Shown piece after piece: positions 10,520 through 20,172 of a stretch of 64,000 nucleotides of DNA (position 1 is its first letter; each line of letters begins with the position of its first letter). The position numbers were made by a program, and so were the translations under genes. Under the pieces are notes generated by a model. The model did not search any database. It was not told the origin of the DNA and was given only the letters and a program-made list of their open reading frames with translations. This DNA is from Gemmatimonadales bacterium (GTDB taxonomy: Bacteria > Gemmatimonadota > Gemmatimonadetes > Gemmatimonadales > GWC2-71-9), in assembly GCA_037189525.1 (NCBI GenBank), contig JBBCJC010000003.1:256001-320000 (forward strand). Reading direction: 5' to 3'.

Positions 10520-12478
10520 TTGCAGGAGGTTTCGATCAGCACTTCGTCGTGGTCCGTCAAGGACGCAGAGAAGCTCTACAATATGATGGGCTGGGGGCAG
10601 GGATTCTTCCGCATCAACGCGGAAGGTCATGTCACCGTCCATCCCGATCCGAGCAATGGCGTCTCGCTCGATCTCTATCGCCTCGCCCTCGATCTCAACG
10701 CCCAGGGCGTCCCGCTCCCGCTCCTGATCCGTTTTTCGGATATCCTGCAATCTCGGATCGAACTGCTGGCCAAAGAGTTCGGCCGGGCCATCGACGAATT
10801 CGGATACGAGGCGAAGTACACCACCGTCTATCCGATCAAGGTCAATCAGCAGCGTCACGTGATCGAGGAAATCCTCGAGGCGGGCGCGCCGTTCGGCCTG
10901 GGGCTCGAGTGCGGCAGCAAGCCGGAACTGCAGGCCGTGCTGGGCACGACCGACCGGACCGATCATCTGATCGTATGTAACGGTTACAAGGACGAAGAGT
11001 TCCTTCGCTTTGCCCTGATGGCCCAGAAGCTCGGGCACACGATCTTCATCGTGCTGGAGCAATCGTCCGAACTCGACCTGGTCCTCCAGGTGGCGGACGA
11101 ACTCGGGGTCGATCCGATCATCGGGCTGCGCATCAAGCTGGCGACGGAAGGGGCGGGGCGCTGGGCCAAGAGCGGCGGTGAGAAGTCGAAGTTCGGCTTG
11201 AGCGCTCCGCAGCTGTTGCGGCTGCTCGAGAAGCTCGATCGGATGGGGCGCAAGAACATCCTCAAGCTGCTGCATTTCCACCTGGGTAGCCAGATCACCG
11301 ACATCCGGTACATCAAGGCGGCGCTCGAGGAAATCGGGCGGTTCTACGTCGAAATCCGCGAACTCGGATTCGATCTGACCCATGTCGACGTCGGCGGCGG
11401 TCTCGGTGTCGACTACGAGGGGTCCAAGACCACTCGGCCCGCCAGCATGAACTACACGACCCGGGAGTACGCCAACGATATCGTGTACGGCCTGGGGACG
11501 ATTTGCCGGGAGCAGGGCATTCCGATGCCGAATCTGATCTCGGAGTCGGGCCGGGCGCTGACGGCGCACCACTCGCTGCTGCTGGTCAACGTCACCGACG
11601 TGGAGGCGCAGACCCAACCCAAGGTCCCGCCACTCCATCCCGATGATCACCGAGTGTTGGTCGAGCTGCACGAGAACCTCGAGGCGCTCTCGCTCGACCG
11701 GGTCGAGGAGGCGTTCCACGACGCGATCGCGGCCAAGGAACGGGTCCAGGAACTGTTCGCCAGCGACGCCATCACGTTGCGCGAACTCGCCAACATCGAA
11801 GAGTTGTACCTCTGCACCATGAACGCGATCGCCAAGCTGATCGCGCGCGAGGATCGTTCCGCGTATACGGAAATCCTCAATCATATCGAGTCGGCGCTGG
11901 TCGACCGCTACTTCTGCAATTTCTCGCTGTTCCAGTCGCTGCCGGATCACTGGGCCATCGATCAGCTCTTCCCGATCATGCCGATCCACCGGCTCGACGA
12001 ACAGCCGATTCGGCGCGGTACCATTCAGGACATCACCTGCGACTCCGACGGCGTGATCGACCGCTTTGCCGGCGGCCGTAAAGGGAAGCCGAGTCTCGAA
12101 CTGCATCCCCATCGTCCGGGGGAGCCGTACATCCTTGGCATTTTCCTGGCCGGCGCGTACCAGGAAATCCTGGGCGATCTCCACAACCTGTTCGGCGACA
12201 CCAACGCAGTGCATATCCGGGCCACCCCGGCCGGGTACGAGATCACCGATCTGGTCCACGGCGATACCGTGACCGAAGTGCTCAACTACGTCCAGTTCAA
12301 AGCGTCGGATCTGCTGGCCAACTTCCGTCGCAAGGTGGCGCGGGCCGATGGTCTGAGCCGGAATGAGGCCAACGCCTTCATTGCGGATTACGTGGCGGGG
12401 CTCGAGGGATATACCTATCTCGAGGGTGACATTCCGGTCGGTGAACCGGTCGATCGTGACGACGCAGCCAACGGCTGA
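10520..12478 (+). CDS. speA: Biosynthetic arginine decarboxylase
   Basis: YPIKVNQQ (PLP Lys), GSKPEL, HFHLGSQI, DVGGGLGVDY, DITCDSDG, GAYQEILGDLHNLFG; exact start uncertain. Confidence 0.96.
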   Translation: MQEVSISTSSWSVKDAEKLYNMMGWGQGFFRINAEGHVTVHPDPSNGVSLDLYRLALDLNAQGVPLPLLIRFSDILQSRIELLAKEFGRAIDEFGYEAKYTTVYPIKVNQQRHVIEEILEAGAPFGLGLECGSKPELQAVLGTTDRTDHLIVCNGYKDEEFLRFALMAQKLGHTIFIVLEQSSELDLVLQVADELGVDPIIGLRIKLATEGAGRWAKSGGEKSKFGLSAPQLLRLLEKLDRMGRKNILKLLHFHLGSQITDIRYIKAALEEIGRFYVEIRELGFDLTHVDVGGGLGVDYEGSKTTRPASMNYTTREYANDIVYGLGTICREQGIPMPNLISESGRALTAHHSLLLVNVTDVEAQTQPKVPPLHPDDHRVLVELHENLEALSLDRVEEAFHDAIAAKERVQELFASDAITLRELANIEELYLCTMNAIAKLIAREDRSAYTEILNHIESALVDRYFCNFSLFQSLPDHWAIDQLFPIMPIHRLDEQPIRRGTIQDITCDSDGVIDRFAGGRKGKPSLELHPHRPGEPYILGIFLAGAYQEILGDLHNLFGDTNAVHIRATPAGYEITDLVHGDTVTEVLNYVQFKASDLLANFRRKVARADGLSRNEANAFIADYVAGLEGYTYLEGDIPVGEPVDRDDAANG

Positions 12479-12499
12479 CGTTTCGTAGGGATGAATGCA

Positions 12500-12531
12500 A
12501 CGAGGGCGGGCCCGATCAGGCCCGCCCTCGT
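12500..12531. terminator. Hairpin between convergent speA and gltA
   Basis: 13-bp stem ACGAGGGCGGGCC / GGCCCGCCCTCGT, 6-nt loop. Confidence 0.75.
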
Positions 12532-12556
12532 CTGTTATCGGTACTGACCGATTGCG

Positions 12557-13843
12557 CTACTTGCGGGCCGCGAGCGGAACGAAGTCCCGGGCGTCGTACC
12601 CGGTGTAGATCTGGCGCGGCCGGGCGATCTTCTGATCCTTGTCGACCAGCATCTCCTCCCACTGCGCCAGCCAGCCGGGCAGGCGGCCGACCGCAAAGAG
12701 GACCGTGAAGTAGTCGACCGGATACCCCATGGCCTGGTAGATCAGACCCGAGTAGAAGTCGACGTTCGGATACAGCTTCCGCTTGATGAAGTACTCGTCC
12801 TCGAGCGCGATGCGCTCCAGCTCGAGGGCGATCTCGAGCTTGGGGTTCATCCCGGTCTCGGCAAAGACCTCGTAGGCGGTCTTCTTGATCAGCGTGGCCC
12901 GCGGATCGTACGACTTGTAGACCCGGTGTCCGAAGCCCATCAGACGGCCTTCGCCCGCTTTCACTTTGGCGATGAACGCCGGAATGTTCTTCTTGTCGCC
13001 GATCTCGTCGAGCATCTCGAGGACCGCTTCGTTGGCGCCGCCGTGGAGCGGACCATACAACGCGGCCACCCCGGCCGAGACGGCCGAGAAGGGATCGACC
13101 TGGGAAGACCCGACGGCGCGAACCGCGCTGGTCGAACAGTTCTGCTCGTGATCGGCGTGCAGGATGAGCAGGATCTCGAGGGCGCGCTGCAGCACCTTGT
13201 TCGGCTGATGCTGCCCGCCGATCGAGAACATCATGTTGACGTAGTTCCCGACGTAGTCGAGATCGTTGCGCGGGAACACGTACGGCAGGCCGCGCAGGTG
13301 GCGGAAGATGAACGCCGCGATGGTCGGGAACTTGGCCAGCAGCCGGACCCGCTGAATGTAGCGGTTGTCCGGGTCGTTGATGTGCTTCGCTTCGGGGTAG
13401 AACGTGGAGAGCGCGGCAACCGCGCTGACCAGCATGCCCATCGGGTGGGCGTCGTACCGGAAGCCTTCGAGGAACTTGGTGACGTTGGTGTGGACGTAGG
13501 TATGGTACCGGATTTCGTTGGTCCACGTGTCGAGCTGGACCTGCGTCGGCAACTCGCCTTCGGCCAGCAGGTACGCAACTTCGAGGAAGCTGGCGTGCTC
13601 AGCAAGCTGTTCGATCGGGTATCCCCGGTAGCGGAGAATCCCCTTGTCGCCGTCGATGAACGTCACCGCGCTGCGGCAGGCCGCGGTGTTCATGAAGGCG
13701 GGGTCATAGGTCATCAGGCCGAAGTCGTCGTCGCCTGTTTTGATGTTACGGAGATCAACGGCTCGGATGGTGCCATCGGTGATGGGGACCTCGTAGGTCT
13801 GCCCGGTCCGATTGTCGGTGATGGAGAGGGTATCCTTGGCCAC
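12557..13843 (-). CDS. gltA: Citrate synthase
   Basis: GILRYRGYPIEQL, AHPM, HADHEQNCST, GPLHGGANE, GFGHRVYK, YPNVDFYSG; GTG start 13843 with purine-rich RBS. Confidence 0.97.
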   Translation of the reverse strand: MAKDTLSITDNRTGQTYEVPITDGTIRAVDLRNIKTGDDDFGLMTYDPAFMNTAACRSAVTFIDGDKGILRYRGYPIEQLAEHASFLEVAYLLAEGELPTQVQLDTWTNEIRYHTYVHTNVTKFLEGFRYDAHPMGMLVSAVAALSTFYPEAKHINDPDNRYIQRVRLLAKFPTIAAFIFRHLRGLPYVFPRNDLDYVGNYVNMMFSIGGQHQPNKVLQRALEILLILHADHEQNCSTSAVRAVGSSQVDPFSAVSAGVAALYGPLHGGANEAVLEMLDEIGDKKNIPAFIAKVKAGEGRLMGFGHRVYKSYDPRATLIKKTAYEVFAETGMNPKLEIALELERIALEDEYFIKRKLYPNVDFYSGLIYQAMGYPVDYFTVLFAVGRLPGWLAQWEEMLVDKDQKIARPRQIYTGYDARDFVPLAARK

Positions 13844-14022
13844 CGCAAACCTTCTTTCAGCTGATTGGAACGGCATCTGCGCGAGCCAGCGCGCACGTCG
13901 AATTGTCGGCTTGCGAAACATAGTTGAAGAAGCAAGGTTCGTCCTCCCGGCGCGCGAAAATTCAGGCTGTTTTTCGCCCTGAGCGAAGATGCGCCGCGCC
14001 ATTATCTTCCGCCGTGCCCTCG

Positions 14023-14745
14023 ATGATCCCACCCCTCGATACGGCTGCCCGCGCCGATGGCCTGCTGGCTGGCCTTTTTCCGCTGTCGCTCCCGCGCCCG
14101 GGCGAGGCCGCGCTGATGAACATTCTCGATGACGAACTCCGGCAGACGGCCCCCGATTTCGGACGGCTGGCGGCGCGTTGGGGGAAGGCGTCGGATGGGT
14201 GCGAGTGCCCCGTGGTGGCGCGGGCGGTCCGCTGGCTCGAACAGCACGGCATGCCCGCGCCCGACGAGGCATTCGGGCCCGGACTCGGCGCGGCGGTCGT
14301 AACCGTCGGCATGGCTGCCAGGCTGGCGCACCAGCCCCGGAACCTCTATTCAGGCGTGTACCATGCGGCGCGCCTGCTCGACCCGAGCGCGCTGGGATGG
14401 TTCGCGGCACTGGTGGCCGCCGCCACCGCGCGATGCTTCCTGCAGACGAGGCGGGATTTCGTGGCCGATGTGCTCGATGTGCTCTTGTCCAACGACGCGC
14501 CCGGCGACCTGGTGGCCCGGTTGCGGCAGGTTCCCGTCTGGTCACGCCCCTCCGACGCCGGGGAGCCGGTGCACGAGGTGGTCAGGGAACTGGACCAGAT
14601 CCTGCGCACCTTGTATCACCAGGGGGCGCCGGAACGCGCCCGGCAGGAGATCGAACGGCTGTCGCCGTCGGCGCGCCGGTTGGGCCGGGGCCTGCTGGCG
14701 GCGCGCGACGGCTGGCCGGCCGTAGAAGGCCACCCGTCGCGTTAG
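14023..14745 (+). CDS. Hypothetical protein, probably a degenerate ADP-ribosylglycohydrolase fold
   Basis: Helical pattern (DFGRLAARW, PRNLYSGVYHAARLLDP, AARCFLQTRRDFVADVL) resembles the ARH family; no DDT or GNG motif. Confidence 0.5.
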   Translation: MIPPLDTAARADGLLAGLFPLSLPRPGEAALMNILDDELRQTAPDFGRLAARWGKASDGCECPVVARAVRWLEQHGMPAPDEAFGPGLGAAVVTVGMAARLAHQPRNLYSGVYHAARLLDPSALGWFAALVAAATARCFLQTRRDFVADVLDVLLSNDAPGDLVARLRQVPVWSRPSDAGEPVHEVVRELDQILRTLYHQGAPERARQEIERLSPSARRLGRGLLAARDGWPAVEGHPSR

Positions 14746-15131
14746 GCGGCGGGGAGAGTGACGGTGCAGGTGGTTTCGAAGCCACCCCGAATGTTGTACA
14801 GCGTGCGCACCGAAAGCCGCTTGGGCGCCAGCACCCGAAAGAGGTCCTCGGCAATCCGAGCCGTGGCGTGTTCCTGGAAGATGCCGACGTTCCGGTAGCT
14901 GGTGATGTAGTACTTGAGGCTCTTGAGCTCGATGCAGCTGGCGCCGGGAGTGTAGCTGATCGTCAGCGTGGCATAGTCCGGGAGCCCGCTGTAGGGACAG
15001 ACCGCGCTGAACTCGTCGGTTTCCGTGACGATCTCCTGGTCGGGCCCCTCGTAGGCAAAGGTCTCGAGGACGGCGACGTCGATGTGCTCCGGCCCGACGA
15101 ACGGGATGGTCCTGCCTTCAGCTGTTGCCAT
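14742..15131 (-). CDS. queF: NADPH-dependent preQ0 reductase (unimodular)
   Basis: EFSAVCPYSGLPDY, IELKSLKYY, IFQEH, RGG. Confidence 0.93.
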   Translation of the reverse strand: MATAEGRTIPFVGPEHIDVAVLETFAYEGPDQEIVTETDEFSAVCPYSGLPDYATLTISYTPGASCIELKSLKYYITSYRNVGIFQEHATARIAEDLFRVLAPKRLSVRTLYNIRGGFETTCTVTLPAA

Positions 15132-15219
15132 GATCTGCTCCTTCAGTCGCCGCACAATCTAGTCGGGGCACGAACCCACCGCTCGGCGCGCCTGAGCGGC
15201 GCGCGAGCGGTGTCCGGGC

Positions 15220-17094
15220 TCAGGGCCGCTTCCGACCTTCCCACCCCGCAATGCCTTCTTCCAGCCAGACGTACTGCTGCTTCATGACGTCCTGGGCCAG
15301 GCGATAGGCGCGGTCGTCGTCGTTGCCGAAGATCTCCTCGAACCGGACCGTGATCCGCCAGCTGGTCTGTCGGCAGAACAGGTCGGCGAGTTCGACCGGC
15401 CCCCGGTTGCTCGGATCCTTTTTGACCAGGAGCTGGGCCTTGGCCACCGTGGCGCTCATGGCAAAGAGATCGGCGCCGATCTCGACCATGCGGAAGAGCA
15501 CCGACTGCTTCTTCTCGAGGCGCGGCCCGAAGCGGATCATGGCGTGGAACAGGTTGCGCGCCAGGCGGCGTGAGGCCCGGTTGACGAACCGCAGGTGCTT
15601 GGCCAGCGGCCCGAACTCGGCGTACCGCGGCGGCAGCGCCCAGCCCAGGTACTGTTTGGGATACCACCAGGCGTAGAAGAGCCCGGCCTTGATCAGCGCC
15701 CCGAACTTGTCGCCCAGCGAAGAGCGCGGGTCGATCAGCTTACCCGCGACCTTGAGGTGCGTATCGACGGCCTCTCGCGCAATGAAGAGTCGCATGATCT
15801 CCGAACTGCCCTCGAAGATCAGGTTGATGCGCCAGTCGCGCAGCGCCCGCTCGACCGGGTCCGGCCGCTCGCCGCGCGACTTGAGCGAGGCGACGGTCTC
15901 GTACCCGCGCCCGCCCTTGATCTGCAGGGTATCGTCGACGATCCGCCAGCCGATCTCGGAGTTCCACATCTTGGCAATCGCCGCTTCCAGCCGGATGTCC
16001 GTCTTGGGCCGATCAGCCAGCAGCGAGCAGAGATCGCTGACCGCCTCGAGCGCAAAGGTCTCGGCGGCCATCCGACCGATCTTCTGCGCAATGGCGTCGT
16101 GCTTGCCGATCGGCTGGCCCCACTGGACCCGGTCGGCTGCCCAGCGGCGCGCGATCTCGAGCATCCGCTTGGCTCCGGTCACACACGACGCCGGAAGTGT
16201 CAGGCGCCCGGTGTTGAGCGTGATCAGCGCGAGCTTGAGTCCTTTGCCCTCGCCCCAGAGCACGTTCTCGACGGGAACCTTGACGTCGTGGAAACGGAGG
16301 ATCCCGTTTTCCAGCGCGCGCAGGCCCATGAAGTGGAGCCGGCGGACCACTTCGACACCGGGCCAGTCCGCCTCGACGATGAACGCCGTGATCGCTTTGG
16401 GCCCGGTCCGCGCCATCACCACCATCACCTCGGCGACGGTGCCGTTGGTGCACCAGAGCTTCTCGCCGTTCAGGATCCAATGCGTTCCATCTTCGCTCAA
16501 GCGCGCCGAGGTGGTGAGACCGGCCGGGTCGGAGCCGGCATCGTTCTCGGTCAGCGCAAACGCCGAGATCTGACCGCTCGCCAGCCGCGGAAAGTATTTC
16601 TGCTGTTGCTCGGGTGTGCCGAACAGCTTGAGCGGCACCGGAACGCCGATCGACTGGCTGGCCGAGAGCAGCGCGGTCAGGTTGCCGCAGATGCTCGAGG
16701 TCATGGCGATGGCCCGGGTGTACATCAGCTGGCTCAGGCCCTTGCCGCCGAAGGCTTCCGGGATCTTGATGCCGAAGGCGCCCAGCTTGCGGAGCCCGTC
16801 GACCACCTCGGGCGGGACCTGGCCGTCTTCGTCGATCTTGTCGCCGTCGACCTGGGTGAGCAGAAACTGCTCCAAGGCTTCGAGGAACGGTTCCGCCCGC
16901 GCGACGTCTTCTGGCTTGGGCTCCGGATACGGATGGATCAGATCGAGCCGGAGGTTGCCCTCGAAGAGCTCCTTGACGAAGCTGTCGTTCCACTCCGTTT
17001 CGCGCGCCGCTTCGGCGGTATCGCGCGCTGCCTGCTCGGCGTCACGGCCGGTGGCGGGACGCGGGGTGGGGCGGGGCTCTGCGGTCGCGGTCAT
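15220..17094 (-). CDS. Acyl-CoA dehydrogenase (long VLCAD/ACAD9-like)
   Basis: FALTENDAGSDP, NGEKLWCTNG, LNTGRL, QIKGGRGYE, IFEGSSEIMRL. Confidence 0.93.
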   Translation of the reverse strand: MTATAEPRPTPRPATGRDAEQAARDTAEAARETEWNDSFVKELFEGNLRLDLIHPYPEPKPEDVARAEPFLEALEQFLLTQVDGDKIDEDGQVPPEVVDGLRKLGAFGIKIPEAFGGKGLSQLMYTRAIAMTSSICGNLTALLSASQSIGVPVPLKLFGTPEQQQKYFPRLASGQISAFALTENDAGSDPAGLTTSARLSEDGTHWILNGEKLWCTNGTVAEVMVVMARTGPKAITAFIVEADWPGVEVVRRLHFMGLRALENGILRFHDVKVPVENVLWGEGKGLKLALITLNTGRLTLPASCVTGAKRMLEIARRWAADRVQWGQPIGKHDAIAQKIGRMAAETFALEAVSDLCSLLADRPKTDIRLEAAIAKMWNSEIGWRIVDDTLQIKGGRGYETVASLKSRGERPDPVERALRDWRINLIFEGSSEIMRLFIAREAVDTHLKVAGKLIDPRSSLGDKFGALIKAGLFYAWWYPKQYLGWALPPRYAEFGPLAKHLRFVNRASRRLARNLFHAMIRFGPRLEKKQSVLFRMVEIGADLFAMSATVAKAQLLVKKDPSNRGPVELADLFCRQTSWRITVRFEEIFGNDDDRAYRLAQDVMKQQYVWLEEGIAGWEGRKRP

Positions 17095-17113
17095 GGCATT
17101 CTCTCCCGTCTGC

Positions 17114-17776
17114 CTAACGAGATGGGATGCTGGCGCGACGTGCGGCCAGCCATCCGGTGATGAGCTCGGTAACGTGTCGCTTGCGCTCGTCGGGGAAGCC
17201 CGGAGCTTCCGTATCGATGCCGATGGCGCGGGCCAGCGTGGATCCCTGGTGCGGGAACCAGGTCAGGGCAATCAGGCTGAACAGCAGGTGCGCCACTTCG
17301 CCCGGCTCGACCTCCTCGAGGCCCAGCTCCTGGGTCAACGCGGAAATCATTTCCCGGCCGGCGGCCAGTCCCAGGGGGAAGGCGTCCAGAGTGGTCCGCC
17401 CGCTCAGCGCCTCCCGCTGGATCAGCCGAACGAAATGCGGGCGGGCCGCCACGAAATCGACGTAGTCGGACACCGCCCCCGTCAGGACCACTTCGGGCGG
17501 GTGACCACTGGCCAGCGCCCGGTCTCGGCCCTCGCGTACCGCCCGGCGGACGTCTTCGAAGCACCGTTCCAGGACAGCCCGATGCAGTTCAGCCTTGGAT
17601 CCGAAGAAATATCCCGGGGTGGCGCGCGACAGGCCCGCCGCCCGCCCGACATCGCTCAGGCTGGTCTCTTCGTAGCCCTGATCGGCAAACAGCCGCTCCG
17701 CCGCGTCGAGAATCAACTCGCGCGAACGAACGGCGTTGCGTTCTCGGTCCCGGGCGGATAGCGTCAAATCGGCCAT
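17114..17776 (-). CDS. TetR/AcrR family transcriptional regulator
   Basis: RELILDAAERLFADQGYEETSLSDVGRAAGLSRATPGYFFGSKAEL HTH. Confidence 0.93.
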   Translation of the reverse strand: MADLTLSARDRERNAVRSRELILDAAERLFADQGYEETSLSDVGRAAGLSRATPGYFFGSKAELHRAVLERCFEDVRRAVREGRDRALASGHPPEVVLTGAVSDYVDFVAARPHFVRLIQREALSGRTTLDAFPLGLAAGREMISALTQELGLEEVEPGEVAHLLFSLIALTWFPHQGSTLARAIGIDTEAPGFPDERKRHVTELITGWLAARRASIPSR

Positions 17777-17779
17777 AAC

Positions 17780-17803
17780 AACTTGCTAGCTGACAAGCAA
17801 GTT
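17780..17803. promoter_or_regulatory. Palindromic operator candidate immediately upstream of the TetR start
   Basis: AACTTGCT-N8-AGCAAGTT, 3 nt from the ATG. Confidence 0.65.
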
Positions 17804-17927
17804 TATATCTGTTTACCTGGCAACGCAATAGCCGACCGGCGCAGGCTATATTCCGGATCATCGCGCCCGGCGGGCGGGCGACTTCGCAGTGGCTGGTTCC
17901 AACCGACAGATGCGGTCAGGAGAGAGC

Positions 17928-19595
17928 ATGGCGGAGACAACCTGTCCGAGTTGCCAAGCGCAGCTGCCGGAAGAGGCCGCGTTCTGTCCCCGGTGCGGCA
18001 CCCGATTCGGCGGGGCCGCGGCGGCCGGTGGGGGTGAGGTGCGTCCCGCCGATCTCAGTCATCAGCTCGCGCTGGTTCTGGGCGACGGCTACGAGGTCCG
18101 TGGACTGGTCGGTCGCGGTGGTTTCGCCGAGGTCTATGAGATCTACGATCGCGGGCTGGCCCGGCGCCTCGCGGTCAAGGTGTTGCGACCGGACATTGCC
18201 TGGACCCCGGGTATGCTGGCCCGGTTTCGGGACGAGGCCCGCGTCGTCGCCAGTCTCAATCATCCCAACATTCTGCCGATCCACTTCGTCGGCGAGGGAC
18301 AGGGGCTCACCTACTATGTGATGCCCTTCGTCGACGGGCATTCGGTTGGTGCGTATCTCCGGGATTTCGGCGCTCTGGATATCGGACGCGCGCTCGAGAT
18401 TGCGGTGCCGGTCCTGGAGGCGCTCGGTCATGCGCACCGAGCGGGGCTGCTGCATCGGGACATCAAGCCCGACAACGTCATGATCGACGCGGCCTCGGGG
18501 CGTGCTTTGCTGGTGGATTTCGGGATTGCCAAGCGGCTCGACGCCGACGCCGGTCGCACCCAGACGGGCTTCGTAGTCGGGACACCGCAGTATATGAGTC
18601 CCGAGCAGGCCCTGGGCGATTCGCAGGTCGACGTCCGGAGCGACCTCTACGCGTTCGGCGCTCTGCTATTCCAGATGCTGACCGGCGCGCCGCCGTATGA
18701 CGGCGATTCGTCGCAGGAAATCGTCGGCAAGCACATCGCGGCGCCGGTGCCGGCTCCGGTCGATCGCAACGCGCGGATTCCGATCTGGCTTTCCGAAATC
18801 ATCGTCAAGTGCCTCGCCAAGCGACCGATCGACCGCTATCAGTCGGCCGACGAGGTGGTCGCCGCGATTCGTCAGGGCCAGGCCGGCCGCCAGGATGGTC
18901 CGTCGGTAACGGCCGGGCAGGTGGCGCACCGGGTCAGTGCGCAGCTGGAGGCGCCCGTGGCTCCGGCTTCGGTTCCTACTTCGGCACCGCCGCCCCGACG
19001 CGGCAGGTGGGCAGCGGCCGTGGTGGTCCTCCTCGCTGCCGGGGCGGTGTGGTGGCTCTTCGGTCGCCCCGCTTCGGTCCGGCTGGAGAACCAGCTGACG
19101 GTTCCGGCAATCGTGACCCTGCCTAATGGAGACAGCTTGTCCGTCGCCGCCGGTGGGGCCGCGGAGGTTCGCCTCGGCCGACCCGGGTTTGCCCGCCTGC
19201 TCTGGCGCGCCGAGCCGCTGCGCAGTGCCGGTGGTGCGACGCACGGCCAGGGACTCTCGGGCGAGATTGCGGTCGAGGCGGGGCGGGGGACGACCAGCGC
19301 GGTCCTGTCGCTCGCCCGGACCCGGGTTCCGATGTTCAGCCCGCTGATTTCGAATGAAACGGGTGGCCCGCTTCGCATCACGGTCAACGCAGGCCTCGAT
19401 GGCGCGTTCGACTGCCTCTGCGCCGTGCCCGCGGGAGCGGTCCGCATGCCGATCGGGTTCTATCCGCTCTATCGCAATACCACGGTGCAGGCAGTCGATG
19501 CCTCCGGCCGGACCGCCAAATTCGTCGATCTGGGTACCCAGGTGGAACCGACCGGCGTTGTCGGACTTCGGTTCGAGGCCAGCAACTTCCGCTGA
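17928..19595 (+). CDS. Membrane Ser/Thr kinase with N-terminal zinc ribbon and C-terminal extracytoplasmic beta domain
   Basis: CPSC...[55 protein letters not shown]. Confidence 0.92.
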   Translation: MAETTCPSCQAQLPEEAAFCPRCGTRFGGAAAAGGGEVRPADLSHQLALVLGDGYEVRGLVGRGGFAEVYEIYDRGLARRLAVKVLRPDIAWTPGMLARFRDEARVVASLNHPNILPIHFVGEGQGLTYYVMPFVDGHSVGAYLRDFGALDIGRALEIAVPVLEALGHAHRAGLLHRDIKPDNVMIDAASGRALLVDFGIAKRLDADAGRTQTGFVVGTPQYMSPEQALGDSQVDVRSDLYAFGALLFQMLTGAPPYDGDSSQEIVGKHIAAPVPAPVDRNARIPIWLSEIIVKCLAKRPIDRYQSADEVVAAIRQGQAGRQDGPSVTAGQVAHRVSAQLEAPVAPASVPTSAPPPRRGRWAAAVVVLLAAGAVWWLFGRPASVRLENQLTVPAIVTLPNGDSLSVAAGGAAEVRLGRPGFARLLWRAEPLRSAGGATHGQGLSGEIAVEAGRGTTSAVLSLARTRVPMFSPLISNETGGPLRITVNAGLDGAFDCLCAVPAGAVRMPIGFYPLYRNTTVQAVDASGRTAKFVDLGTQVEPTGVVGLRFEASNFR

Positions 19596-19671
19596 CATGT
19601 CCGGCGCCGCCGAGCGCCGCCCGATCACGCGGCTTTATATTGAGGGTGACACTGCCCCAAGGAGAGAGACC

Positions 19672-20172
19672 ATGCGCATGTCGGCGAGCATGCAGAAGGC
19701 GCTGAACGACCAGATCAACAAGGAGTTCGGCGCGTCATACTTGTACCTGTCGATGGCGGCGTATTTCGCGGAAAAGAGCCGAAACGGCTTTGCCCGCTGG
19801 ATGCGGATGCAGGCAATGGAAGAAGCCAAACACGCCATGCGCATCATCGACTTCGTCGAGGATCGCGGCGGGCGTGTCGTACTCGAAGCCATTGATCGGC
19901 CGCCGCCCGATTTCCCGTCGTCCCTCGCCGTGTTCGAACTGGCGCGCGACCACGAGAAGAAAGTCTCGGCCGGCATTTTCCAGCTCTACGAGCAGGCGGG
20001 CGCCGAGAAGGACTGGGCGACCCAGGCCATGCTGCAGTGGTTCATCACCGAGCAGGTCGAGGAGGAGAAGACCTCGACCGAAATCGTCGATACGCTCAAG
20101 CAGATCGGCGACAATGCTTCCGGTCTCTTCATCTTCGATCGTGAGTTGGGCAAGCGGGAGTCGAGCGATTGA
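19672..20172 (+). CDS. ftnA: Non-heme ferritin
   Basis: LNDQINKEFGASYLYLSM, QAMEEAKHA, HEKKV, LQWFITEQVEEE; RBS AGGAG. Confidence 0.93.
   Translation: MRMSASMQKALNDQINKEFGASYLYLSMAAYFAEKSRNGFARWMRMQAMEEAKHAMRIIDFVEDRGGRVVLEAIDRPPPDFPSSLAVFELARDHEKKVSAGIFQLYEQAGAEKDWATQAMLQWFITEQVEEEKTSTEIVDTLKQIGDNASGLFIFDRELGKRESSD

Noticed and set aside
12557..14545. N-terminal extensions in the ORF track (gltA 662 aa, DGC 586 aa, queC 386 aa, trmJ 460 aa, bCerS 473 aa)
   Set aside because: Extensions are low-complexity and overlap neighbouring genes; family homology starts at the downstream starts used here
7755..15131. queC/queE/queF as a 7-deazaguanine DNA-modification (dpd) defence island
   Set aside because: No dpdA/tgt-like, helicase or nuclease genes; housekeeping context and queF point to tRNA queuosine synthesis
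15135..15215. preQ1 riboswitch upstream of queF (a GC hairpin lies at 15179-15210)
   Set aside because: No preQ1 aptamer signature or A-rich tail recognised; only a generic hairpin
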